DNA of 18,257 nucleotides from an uncultured Nitrososphaeraceae archaeon (GTDB lineage Archaea; Thermoproteota; Nitrososphaeria; Nitrososphaerales; Nitrososphaeraceae): NCBI GenBank assembly GCA_963765895.1, contig CAVXZB010000009.1, positions 1 to 18,257 of the forward strand, read 5' to 3'. Shown piece by piece: positions 1 to 8,336 of this stretch (position 1 is its first letter; each line of letters starts with the position of its first letter). The notes under the pieces were generated by a model. It saw only the letters and a program-made list of their open reading frames with translations, ran no database searches and was not told where the DNA came from. The position numbers and the translations under genes were made by a program.

Positions 1-71
1 TTACAATATAACTAAGCAGTTTCGCTAGATCCATCTATTAACCGGCTCAAGTTAAATTGACTGCTTTAGAT

Positions 72-255
72 TCATTGGAACCATGTGCTTATTACCCTTT
101 CTGCCGGTGGACCATGAGTTCGGGATGCATATAGTCTGTCTCCTTATGTAGTGTATGTTGTTCAACCACAATCCAATGAGCATTAGCCCAAGGATTTTTA
201 CGAATACCTGTGACATGCTACGAGACTTTCATACTGAAGGACCGCCTGCTGTCTC
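72..255 (-). pseudogene. C-terminal remnant of a tail-fibre/surface-protein-like gene
   Basis: Conceptual translation gives AGGPS/MKVS*HVTGIRKNPWANAHWIVVEQ...YMHPEL/GPPAERVISTWFQ. From memory this resembles the conserved C-terminus (AGG..MKVSWQVTGIRKDPWANAHRI.VEE...YLHPELYG.P) of long fibre-like proteins. There is a TAG at 220-218 where Trp is expected, there are frameshifts, and the 5' part is absent. Confidence 0.55.
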
Positions 256-256
256 A

Positions 257-308
257 CTTCGCGCTATATATATAGCTTAGTAATATTATATTATTATATT
301 ATCGCAAA
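257..308 (+). promoter_or_regulatory. Conserved upstream motif/TATA-like promoter of zinc-ribbon gene copy 1
   Basis: CTTCGCGCTATATATATAGCTT...AAATTG. Related sequence lies before copy 2 (2303-2349) and copy 3 (7996-8042). Confidence 0.6.
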
Positions 309-512
309 TTGCCAATTATTGACTCCTGGGAACGTATTGTGCATTGTCTATTCTGCAATTCAATGGCTACATTGAAACCTACCAAGACAGGACGAATAAT
401 GTTGCGCTGCAATACATGCGGTGCTTTGATGTTTGCTAATGGCTTACTATCACAACAGAGAATTAAGACATTGCGGGATTTCAGATTTACACCTGTGCGT
501 GACATCGTATAA
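309..512 (+). CDS. C4 zinc-ribbon microprotein, copy 1 (intact, 67 aa, TTG start)
   Basis: CLFC-x17-CNTC motif. Two paralogues in the window keep the protein pattern despite many synonymous changes. Confidence 0.8.
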   Translation: MPIIDSWERIVHCLFCNSMATLKPTKTGRIMLRCNTCGALMFANGLLSQQRIKTLRDFRFTPVRDIV

Positions 513-1076
513 AGTAATGTCCATAGTATGGTCAATACTCACTGAAGTAACACTGTATCGTAGTTCGCAGGCTTGGGTTAGTATTTCTTGATCTGTTCGC
601 CGGCAAAGACGACCTTGGGCCATATTCGATTTACAACCCGCAGCTGGAGCATAAGGAATCTTGGCCAAAACCAGCGAGATCTCATCAGATTTTTAAAGCA
701 TCATTTGGGAGTGCCTTGGTATATGAATTCAACTTCAAAATTCAATTCGAGATAAAATGAAACGATAACTATGGAAAGGTTGAAAATATGAGCTTGGAAT
801 AGGACTTGAGATAATAACATTATACAAAATTCACTCTATACCAGCTTGGCACAAAAATTCCGGTAACTTTAGCATTCCATTAGATAGACTAAAGGCACGC
901 CCAAAGAAGTTAGAATTAATACATTTAATATATAATTGATGATATTATTCAAATTAGTTTAAGACTTACAAAGGGTAAGAGATTTTTATAAAACAATAAA
1001 GATAATTTCTATAATTAAGTTTAATAGAAACGCTCACAAAAGCTATTGATCGTGGGCTGGATTGTATATCATTATA

Positions 1077-1563
1077 ATGGTGGGTAAGATGGGAAGATCA
1101 TACAGTGGTCCACAATGATAACTTTCTCATAGAAAGGATTAAGGAAAAAGACCCATTTCTAAAAAGGATTCTTGTTGTAGATGATGATCCAGACATCACA
1201 TCACATTAACTTTCAAAGTGGCTTTAGAAGGTAATCATTATCATGATAGCAGTTACAAAATGAGATTTGAAGTATACCCATACAACGACCCTTTAGTAAC
1301 ATTATCACAATTCAAGCCTAATTTTTATGATTTACTTCTAACTGATATTTACATGCCACACATGAATGGTTTTGAATTATGTCAAAAAATATTAGAGCTA
1401 GATTTAAACCTTAGAATATGTTTAATGTCTGCAGCAGATTTACAATAAATATAGTTCAGGCCATAAGAAAACGTATCCAGCACAAGCATGAGGATGTATT
1501 TATCAAAAAGCCAGTTGCAACAAGAATATTTGAAATTAAAAGATTGTTGGCAGAGTTGATTGA
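1077..1563 (+). pseudogene. Stand-alone response regulator receiver (CheY-like), frameshifted
   Basis: KRILVVDDDPDIT (1162-1200), then LTFKVALE...FYDLLLTDIYMPHMNGFELCQKI...ICLMSA, then FIKKPV in a different frame. A 5-bp ACATC duplication at 1193-1202 and further shifts near 1445-1530 break the frame. Start position is uncertain. Confidence 0.85.
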
Positions 1564-1969
1564 TTGTTATGGTAGAACATTCAGAAGACCACATGGTGTA
1601 ATTAAAGAGATATTTGATGCCGATCGTCTTACACAGTTTTTCTCAGGATGGTCTGCTCAGGAAATATTACCAGAATAGGATAGAAATATCGAAAAATACT
1701 ATTTTTAACACCACTATCTTCGTAGTGATTTACTGATCGATTCCCAGGAACAGAACCTTATTTTTTAGTATTCCAAGGAAAGACATTATTTGGCTGGCGG
1801 GCAGTAGATATAGTAGCAGTACGTAGAAAGATAATTTGTCGCCGGCATTACTTGTTACATATATAGTTCGTGGGGAGTCGTCGCAATAAAATGGCAAACA
1901 TGTTTGTACCATATCTTTTGCGTGTCTCATACGAGATTTATTTCTTATAACCGAATGGAATCATGTTAA

Positions 1970-2115
1970 CGGATGATTAATCGGCCGGCCAAAAGTGACG
2001 TTTGGAATATGAATATGACTTTGAACATGGATCCTGATGATGGTGGGCGTTAACTTCATGTCTCGTCTTACATTTAGTTTTTCTATCTTATACTGTTCGC
2101 CGGATTTTTTCCTCT
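1970..2115. repeat. Diverged dispersed repeat, copy A (paralogous to 18107-18250)
   Basis: Shared blocks in the same order: CGGATGA, AATATGACTTTGA, GATCCTGATGATG, TTAACTTCATGTCTC, TTAGTTTTTCTAT, TCGCCGGATTTTTT. The minus strand reads KKSGEQYKIEKL here and KKSGEQHKDIEKL in the other copy. Confidence 0.75.
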
Positions 2116-2349
2116 TGTTCGTCTCTTTAGGCGAAAACCTACCTGTTCTGTCAATATATTCACACATATTTTTTCTGTCCATCTTGCATTAGCATATTCT
2201 CGCCGGGCATTTGTGCCATCTTGTAGTTAGCCGGCAGACCGGCGAAGATCTCACATGATCATAAAAACTGGCGAACAAAACCAAAGTGTCCCGCAATATT
2301 CTCTTGGCGCCATATATAGCTTGGATATGATATATTATATCAAAGTAAA

Positions 2350-2544
2350 TTGTCTGTTATCGACTCATGGGAACGATATGTCTATTGTCTCTTTTGTAAC
2401 GCTATGGCTACGCTCAAGCCTACCTAGATTAGGCGTATAATGCTACGCTGCAATACATGTGGAGTATTGGTATTTGCAAATGGAATATTATCGCAACAAA
2501 GAATTCAGACATTGAAAGATTTCACATTTCGACCGCTGCGTTGA
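2350..2544 (+). pseudogene. C4 zinc-ribbon microprotein, copy 2 (one in-frame TAG)
   Basis: MSVIDSWERYVYCLFCNAMATLKPT*IRRIMLRCNTCGVLVFANGILSQQRIQTLKDFTFRPLR, with 48/64 positions identical to copy 1 by manual alignment. TAG at 2425-2427 replaces AAG (Lys). Missed by the ORF track. Confidence 0.85.
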
Positions 2545-2620
2545 TTAGAGCTTCAGTGATCGGCATTGAGTGCGTCCAAGTTTAGCATAATCGTTGACAT
2601 ATGGTGATGAATTTATATAG

Positions 2621-2911
2621 ACATCAATTTCTGGTCTTAATGTTGGTTACAATGCATGTCTTGAATTCTCCATCATTTATACTTCCGACGCAGTCAGAGG
2701 AGAAACTAGCCGTGTACTGATGTCCAATTTCATTGGAAACATTGCTAGCGCAGAAATGACTCATACAATAATGGAGAGTGTTCTAAGAAAAGTGAAAGCT
2801 GTTTCAGAGATGATTCCACAAGATACTGAAATCGCCACTTCTCTCACAGATAGAGAAATCAGAGATTACGTTGCTGAAGTGATAAGTGAGACCAAAAACA
2901 GGAAACACTGA
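2621..2911 (+). pseudogene. C-terminal remnant of a multicopy Nitrososphaeraceae-type membrane protein
   Basis: Open frame ending FIGNIASAEMTHTIMESVLRKVK...DTEIATSLTDREIRDYVAEVISETK. From memory this resembles the soluble tail (IGTAEM...ETGI.SSL.EE.IK.YL.EV) of a polytopic membrane protein family. The TM region is not present. Confidence 0.5.
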
Positions 2912-3043
2912 ACCTCCTGTCGTTTAAAATGTAATTGAATAAGATTGAGACATGTCCGTTGCTAGATGGTATAACTATTGAGCCGAGGTGATCCCACTTA
3001 TCTGTCTTTAATCCATATCAGTTATCGAGCATAACACAACAAG

Positions 3044-3731
3044 TTACTTGACTTTCAAATCAATAGATGTATTATAGTCGAAGTTAAATGATGGATCAGT
3101 AGGATTGACTACTCTTGCATTTACATGCAAGTTGTGTTCACCAGATGGAAGAGGTTTTAAAAAGATGAAGTAACCACCCGCGCCGGTCGGGTACGTGCCA
3201 CCTTTAAGAAGTTCGTAATTGTCATTAGGTACTATCATGTTAAAGATTTTGGTTATGGCATAGTTACTCTCTAGATTACTGAGCGGTACTCCATCCAGTG
3301 TTGCTTTGAATGTGAGATGCGGGTCCCCTATTGTAGCACAATTGATTAAGTCCGCTGGTTTCGTGGAGTGCGCTTCTATTGAAGTGCAAGATCCAGTCTA
3401 TATTGGAAGCATAATAGCAGTCTTGGCAGGAATAGTACACGAGTAGTGTGAAAGGCCTTGTAAGTTTTGAACTAGAAAGGACACTTGCCCAGATACCTTC
3501 GTAGCACAGACTACTTTTGGATTAGTTTGTGGATGTTCTGCTTTAGGTATAGAGACACTCCACTGCCACCACTTCTTTATCCAATCTGCGTAAGGTGTAC
3601 CATAAGGTGAAGAGTCCTTGAGATAAAGTTGTGGTGTAGAGGAAATGCCATGCAACCATTGATGGGCTAAGCAATATTATGAGAGCCAGAGGAAATATTA
3701 TCAAGTGTGATCTGTTCATATCCACCTTCAT
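3044..3731 (-). pseudogene. Secreted protein of the PYG..Y..W..KWWQW family, split by a frameshift and a TAG
   Basis: Three ORF-track fragments join into one gene. A signal peptide is followed by a frameshift near 3655-3660, then SSPYGTPYADWIKKWWQWSVSIP...CTIPAKTAIMLPI, a TAG at 3400-3398, and an in-frame continuation TGSCTSIE...KATLDGVPL...GYFIFLKPLPSGEHNLH. Confidence 0.8.
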
Positions 3732-3840
3732 ATTTCTCTTTCAAATATAGTTTTCTACAATCTTTACTCTTCCATATATTACGAAGTCTTCAGATCTTTA
3801 TTATGATATGTTGGGGGTCATCTTACATTATATCCGCATT

Positions 3841-3878
3841 AAAAATATACGATGGGGAAATCGCAATTGCAATCATCG
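3841..3878 (-). terminator. Hairpin plus T-run downstream of the cryptic peptide gene
   Basis: A CGATG...CATCG stem (3850-3878) encloses the palindrome GCAATTGC and is followed on the minus strand by TATATTTTT, immediately after the TAA at 3883-3881. Confidence 0.45.
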
Positions 3879-3880
3879 GG

Positions 3881-3990
3881 TTAATTCAATACTATTCCAG
3901 CATGTGCTGCATCTATCCCTGTTGCAAACTACTATTCCTAATCCGCCGGCAATGAGAGCCCCCGATCATAGCTAGTAATTTCTTTGCCAT
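3881..3990 (-). pseudogene. Cryptic 35-aa exported peptide precursor MAKKLLAMIGALIAGGLGIVVATGIDAAHA-GIVLN (two +1 homopolymer frameshifts)
   Basis: ATG at 3990 with GGAG 7 nt upstream. Removing one G from the G5 run (about 3959-3963) and one T from a T3 run (about 3926-3928) gives a basic n-region, a hydrophobic h-region, an A-H-A signal peptidase I motif, five residues and TAA. Confidence 0.6.
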
Positions 3991-4556
3991 CGTGTAACTC
4001 CATATATGATATGATATTCGTCTTGTGTGACAAGTGACAAATGGGGTATCAAGCCTTTTGCCGGCAATCAAGAGATCTCGTGATATCCTTGTGATCTATA
4101 GCATAGGACAATTTGATTATACGAGTCAAGCCAGGTAACTAGAGTAGTCTAATTTGATGCACGTTAGAAAAACGATCATGAAATTAATTGATGACTGTCT
4201 CTATACTCTATATGTTATTACATATGCTTTAGGTAAGAAACTTCGACAAAAGGGAATCGTAGTCTTTAGCGATATCATGAATTCAACAAGAAATTTCTGG
4301 ATGTAGTTCACAGATAAGTTGTGCAGCAAATCTCGCTCCTATTAGGCATTATTATTGGTTACATATTGTAACTGGATTACTCATTAGTAACTAGCAACCG
4401 TAATGTACCGCACTGCAATATGTGAGATGTAGAGCTTGCCGGCAATAAGCCATGGTAAGAACGCCGGCAAGTGAATCCAGTTGTAAAAGGTATTATTCCA
4501 GCTTCGTAACATACTAACTATATCACTTGCGTACGTGTAGGAGAAGTAATGAATGA

Positions 4557-4745
4557 ATGGCTACTATATTACAACCCCCTCAGCTTCCATTTGAAATATT
4601 AATTCTGATATTCCTACCTTACTTTGTAGCAGTCATTGCAGCGATTATCTATACTAATAAACATATCAAGAAAGTTGTTAATATAGTCGAAGACAAGGAA
4701 GACGAGGACGACAGCGAGAACGATAAACCACAACCAGGCGACTAG
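4557..4745 (+). CDS. Small single-pass membrane protein with acidic tail
   Basis: Hydrophobic stretch ILILIFLPYFVAVIAAIIY followed by EDKEDEDDSEND. AGGAG lies upstream. Confidence 0.6.
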   Translation: MATILQPPQLPFEILILIFLPYFVAVIAAIIYTNKHIKKVVNIVEDKEDEDDSENDKPQPGD

Positions 4746-4749
4746 ACAA

Positions 4750-4945
4750 GTGAATCCAGATTAGTGGAACTGTAACGACTTTGAAAAGGCAGTTGATTAG
4801 AATGATATTCGGTATTATAGACCGAAAGGCAACCCGATTTAACGCCATTGAGATGCAAAGTCATGGGTTATGACGTCCTATTGCTAGTTTGGACCCATTC
4901 AAGTACTGTCCTTGGTGTTCGAAGAAACTTCCAAAGCATTCATAA
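4750..4945 (+). pseudogene. Decayed small Cys/zinc-binding protein (DUF6980-like pattern)
   Basis: WNCNDFEKAVD*NDIRYYRPKGNP, then in another frame PIASLDPFKYCPWCSKKLPKHS*. Several stops and a frameshift. Confidence 0.45.
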
Positions 4946-5018
4946 ATTTCGATGCCAGTTAGTAATTAGACTATGCTTTTATTATACGTCTGTATATTAC
5001 TAATTAGTTGTAACATTA

Positions 5019-5261
5019 ATGGCACTGATATGGGTCGAACTCGATGTACCATCACCATATAATATTAACCGGGTCATGGCGTATCGTCTTGATGACGGTA
5101 CCCTTGGCATGCGGAAGGGGAGTGCATTAAAGAAGGCCCAAAGGATAATAGATGTGTATAATTACAGATCAGGTATGGGAATATATCAAGAATTAGAAAT
5201 TGATGAGCATGATTTTACTCCGGCTCATGATGCCGATAAATCCCTGCAGATAGAGAACTAG
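5019..5261 (+). CDS. Hypothetical protein (80 aa)
   Basis: ATG start after an AT-rich TATA-like region and plausible composition. No family recognised. Confidence 0.55.
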   Translation: MALIWVELDVPSPYNINRVMAYRLDDGTLGMRKGSALKKAQRIIDVYNYRSGMGIYQELEIDEHDFTPAHDADKSLQIEN

Positions 5262-5523
5262 ATAATGAGGAGATAGGTTTACATCGGACAAATCATCACT
5301 TTAATACTACTTACTACTTTCTGAAACCCACGTCCTTATTGATTCCTTAATGATGATATCTACCCTATTATGATGTGAGCCAGAATGAGCAATAGATGTT
5401 AGCCTTGCGTCTGGCTGGCAAAATGTCTTATCTGTAGAATTCCTTATTCACTATTCTATATAATCAGTGTATTGTAGCTAGACACTCATGTGAGCCATTA
5501 GGTGTAGATACATAACGAAGGAA

Positions 5524-5900
5524 TTGTCAATATTACAGATAGATGTTCGAAACGAGCTAGCAAATATAGATATCTTAGAGTCAACAGTAAGTATTACTGA
5601 TAGTATTGCCAGGCAAGCAAGAAAGTTTAGATATCTGATAGAATCGCGGGCGATTATTGATAGCTATAACAAGATAAAGAAAGTCTCGCGGACATATTCG
5701 GAGGCTGTTAATATGTCGGATACTGCTGGCCTAGTCGCTAAACATTTTCGTTACCTTACAGATATCATACTAATTACAGATGTAATAAACATTCACCGAC
5801 TGAAATTCAGAAATATATTATAATCATCGTATTAATTATCATCATCAACAGCGACTACCTGACTCGAGGTATAACTACAACACATTTTCGTCTTCTCCAC
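5524..5900 (+). pseudogene. Fragment of a 20-aa tandem repeat protein (virion fibre/structural-like)
   Basis: Repeats LESTVSITDSIARQARKFRY / LIESRAIIDSYNKIKKVSRT / YSEAVNMSDTAGLVAKHFRY / LTDIILITDVINIHRLKFRN. A fifth unit (IIINSDYLTRGITTTHFRLL) continues in another frame after about 5820. Confidence 0.55.
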
Positions 5901-5921
5901 CACCAGAAACCGCCTAGGAAG

Positions 5922-6411
5922 ATGGCCAAAATGTCCGAGTATGGGTCATATTGTCCCCCGGGCATTATCCGGAGTGTCAGAGATTCAGATCTATGCCAGA
6001 AGAAGGAAAGGATCTCAACTATGCTGAATTGGCTGAAAAGAGTCACGCAAGCAAGAGAAAGAAAAAAGCTAGAAAAGAAGAGAAAGGAGATGATGGATTC
6101 GTTAGTCAATCTTGAGCGAAACTCATCATGGCTTAGTCTGATAAATTTCCAAGACGATATAGAAACCTGTCGTTTATTTGAAGCATGAAAACGATCAAAT
6201 AATAGATAACTTGACACCACAAGAGGCGAAAGAATTCATGGTACAAGCAGAAGCAGTAGAAGGCAGCAGGAATATCAGCTCAGAATCCCTGAGCACTTTT
6301 TACATTGAGTTCACTCGTAGAAAATATATGATGAATACGACCAGTTCTGCCGGCGAAGATCATGTTGTGAATTCGGGTAAATGCATCAGTTTCTATCTGA
6401 AGTGTCCCTAG
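5922..6411 (+). pseudogene. Hypothetical helical protein, probably one gene split near 6180
   Basis: Overlapping ORFs 5922-6188 and 6178-6411 read as a continuous charged helical protein across a shift. No family recognised. Confidence 0.35.
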
Positions 6412-6548
6412 TGTCCCTAGCTCCCGGTCACTATCTATCCCTGAAATGACTAACTTACATTGTGTACTATGTAGATATTAATAGAATAGTATAGGTGGTA
6501 TAGAAAGTAGGATAGATAGTAGTGGCGAACTAGGGACACGGGGGACAG
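6402..6548. repeat. 39-bp imperfect inverted repeat with iterated TGTCCC and a 69-bp AT-rich spacer
   Basis: Left arm 6402-6440 matches the reverse complement of the right arm 6510-6548 at 30/39 positions without gaps. GTGTCCCTAG and ACTATCTATCC match exactly. Confidence 0.85.
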
Positions 6549-6631
6549 AAAATGCTTTGATCGCAATGAATATACCCACATTTTTTATGCGTTTGTAGAT
6601 GAACTTTTGATACCTGCTCATAGGATATAAA

Positions 6632-7260
6632 TTAGAATCTTATCGTCGTTCCTCGGACATCAAAAGGCCTGTCAAGAATAGTTATAGGTTCTTGTAATTT
6701 TCTAGCATTTTCTGAAGTTACTGTCACTTTGGTGCTCTCTTTGATTCTTTCGACAGGAATGTTACCATCAACCATTATTGACCGCCATGTATCAGCTTCG
6801 TTTATTGGAAACGAATAATACTCACCAGGAATCCTCCATCACCAGGAATCCTCCAGCCTTCGTTTGCATCTTGTATAATTATTCTAGGGATTTCTTCTGC
6901 AGATTTATATCTGTTCGAGAGCGCCCCTCTCCTCGAATTGAGGTCTTGACGAACTGGTCTGCAGGTTGAAAGGAATACGAGTGTCATCGATATCGTAAGC
7001 TGCCAGTTCAACCTTCTTACCAAACTGGGGATGCATCTTATCTAGACCTAGCCAAGGACGCCTAATCAAAGAAATTACAACAATAGCCGCGGCAATATAG
7101 ATGCTATCTCTGCCATCTTAATTCCAAGATCCAGTAATGCATTTCGTGTATCATCCATACTTCCAAAACATGGCGTATATGCAGCCAGAGGCATAGAATG
7201 ACAAGTCACAAGTAGCAGCCTGAATAGCTTCGTAAGTTGAAGGGCTTTCTAGATCAATAT
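6632..7260 (-). pseudogene. Multiply frameshifted gene of unknown family
   Basis: Protein-like segments in alternating frames (DTRNALLDLGIKMAEIA; KKVELAAYDIDDTRIPF; GWRIPGEYYSFPINEADTWRSIMVDGNIPVERI...RF*). An exact 17-bp tandem duplication TCACCAGGAATCCTCCA at 6822-6855 breaks the frame. Confidence 0.4.
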
Positions 7261-7344
7261 CAATAATTATATTGATTCTCGTGCTATGCTATTCCAAGTG
7301 GCAGCTATTAATTTATACATATATACCCAAGAAATATCCACTCA

Positions 7345-7920
7345 ATGGGAATTAATCACCTCTACACATATCTAAAGACAAACGTTAATTTTGTTATTCC
7401 GATAGGTCTTGTTTTCGCAATTGTAATTTTTGGCGGTATTAGTGTGTATCTAGTGGAGCACAATCAACCTGGAGCGAATATAACTAACCTAGGTAACGCA
7501 TTTTGGTGGGCTGTAATAACAATAACAACTGTAGGATATGGTGACTATACTCCGGTCACAACAATCGGACGGCTAATAGCCGTAGCCATAATGTTTTCAG
7601 GCATTGGCATAGTTGTAACTCTGTTAACTTTATTTTCGCAAAGAAGATTGCAGCATACAGAGTCAATGTTAAATGTAAAATTAAAAACTGAAGATCGACC
7701 CAAGTTATTAGGTGATGAGACAAAAACAGCGATAAAAGATGAAATCGATGGGATTGAGAATCTGACCGAAGACGATTTTGACAGACTCATTGTCATGATC
7801 AAAGGTCTGCGTAGTAGTTTACTTGAAGAGTCTAGGGCCTCATACAAGTGTTCAAGATGTGGTAACTCTTATCATAGTAAGCCTAAATTTTGCAGCAACT
7901 GCGGTCTTGATCTTGCCTAG
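7345..7920 (+). CDS. Two-TM potassium channel (KcsA/Ion_trans_2-like) with C-terminal C4 zinc ribbon
   Basis: AFWWAVITITTVGYGD pore helix and selectivity filter between two TM helices. C-terminal CSRC...CSNC. Confidence 0.92.
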   Translation: MGINHLYTYLKTNVNFVIPIGLVFAIVIFGGISVYLVEHNQPGANITNLGNAFWWAVITITTVGYGDYTPVTTIGRLIAVAIMFSGIGIVVTLLTLFSQRRLQHTESMLNVKLKTEDRPKLLGDETKTAIKDEIDGIENLTEDDFDRLIVMIKGLRSSLLEESRASYKCSRCGNSYHSKPKFCSNCGLDLA

Positions 7921-8042
7921 TCTATATCCAAATGTCTCCAATTCAGTCAGATTGTCTTCAACTATTCGCATGTTATATTGAATGCTGTACTCCAACTTGG
8001 CGCTATATATAGCTCGGGTGTGACATATCATATAATAGGAAA

Positions 8043-8218
8043 TTGTCTCTTATTGACCCATGGGAACGAATCATATATTGTCTATTGTTTATTCTGCAAT
8101 TCAATGGCGACGCTTAAGCCCACAAAGACGCGACGAAGAATACTAAGATGTAATACCTGCGGGGGCACTGGCATTCGCTAATGGTTTGCTATCACAAAAC
8201 ATTATCAGGTCTCATTGA
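8043..8218 (+). pseudogene. C4 zinc-ribbon microprotein, copy 3 (two frameshifts, 3' end replaced)
   Basis: MSLIDPWERIIY/CLFCNSMATLKPTKTRRRILRCNTCG/ALAFANGLLSQNIIRSH*. A 7-bp near-duplication TATTGTC/TATTGTT at 8076-8089 and an extra G at 8161-8165 break the frame. Confidence 0.85.
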
Positions 8219-8294
8219 TTATAATCTAGACAGAAGGTGCTGACAACATATGAACATTTCATGTACACTATGCACATGCTGAACAAGAACAAGA
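8209..8294. repeat. 86-bp dispersed direct repeat, copy A
   Basis: Identical to 12031-12116 except at one position (G8272 vs A12094). Confidence 0.95.
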
Positions 8295-8336
8295 TTCCTT
8301 TGGCATAGTATACGTGGAAAAATAGGGGTCTCTAAC

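Noticed and set aside
520-740. Possible decayed minus-strand zinc-finger gene (CSSCGL*IEYG...VVFAGEQIKKY)
   Set aside because: Too many stops and frame changes to support a call by eye.
2255-2440. ORF-track 61-aa ORF, and the N-terminus of ORF 7978-8181, which resemble each other (LGAIYS...YYIKVNCLL.THGN)
   Set aside because: The similarity comes from out-of-frame translation of the conserved upstream motif and zinc-ribbon gene start. The conserved frame is the TTG-initiated one.
218-3400. Amber (TAG) recoding or pyrrolysine, suggested by in-frame TAGs at 218-220, 2425-2427 and 3398-3400
   Set aside because: Intact genes here end in TAG (7920, 11673, 12944). The TAGs replace different residues (Trp, Lys), and neighbouring relics also have TAA/TGA stops and frameshifts. 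Ordinary decay explains them.
3707-3955. 82-aa + strand ORF
   Set aside because: It is antisense to the cryptic peptide gene and the start of the secreted gene, and has no recognisable features.
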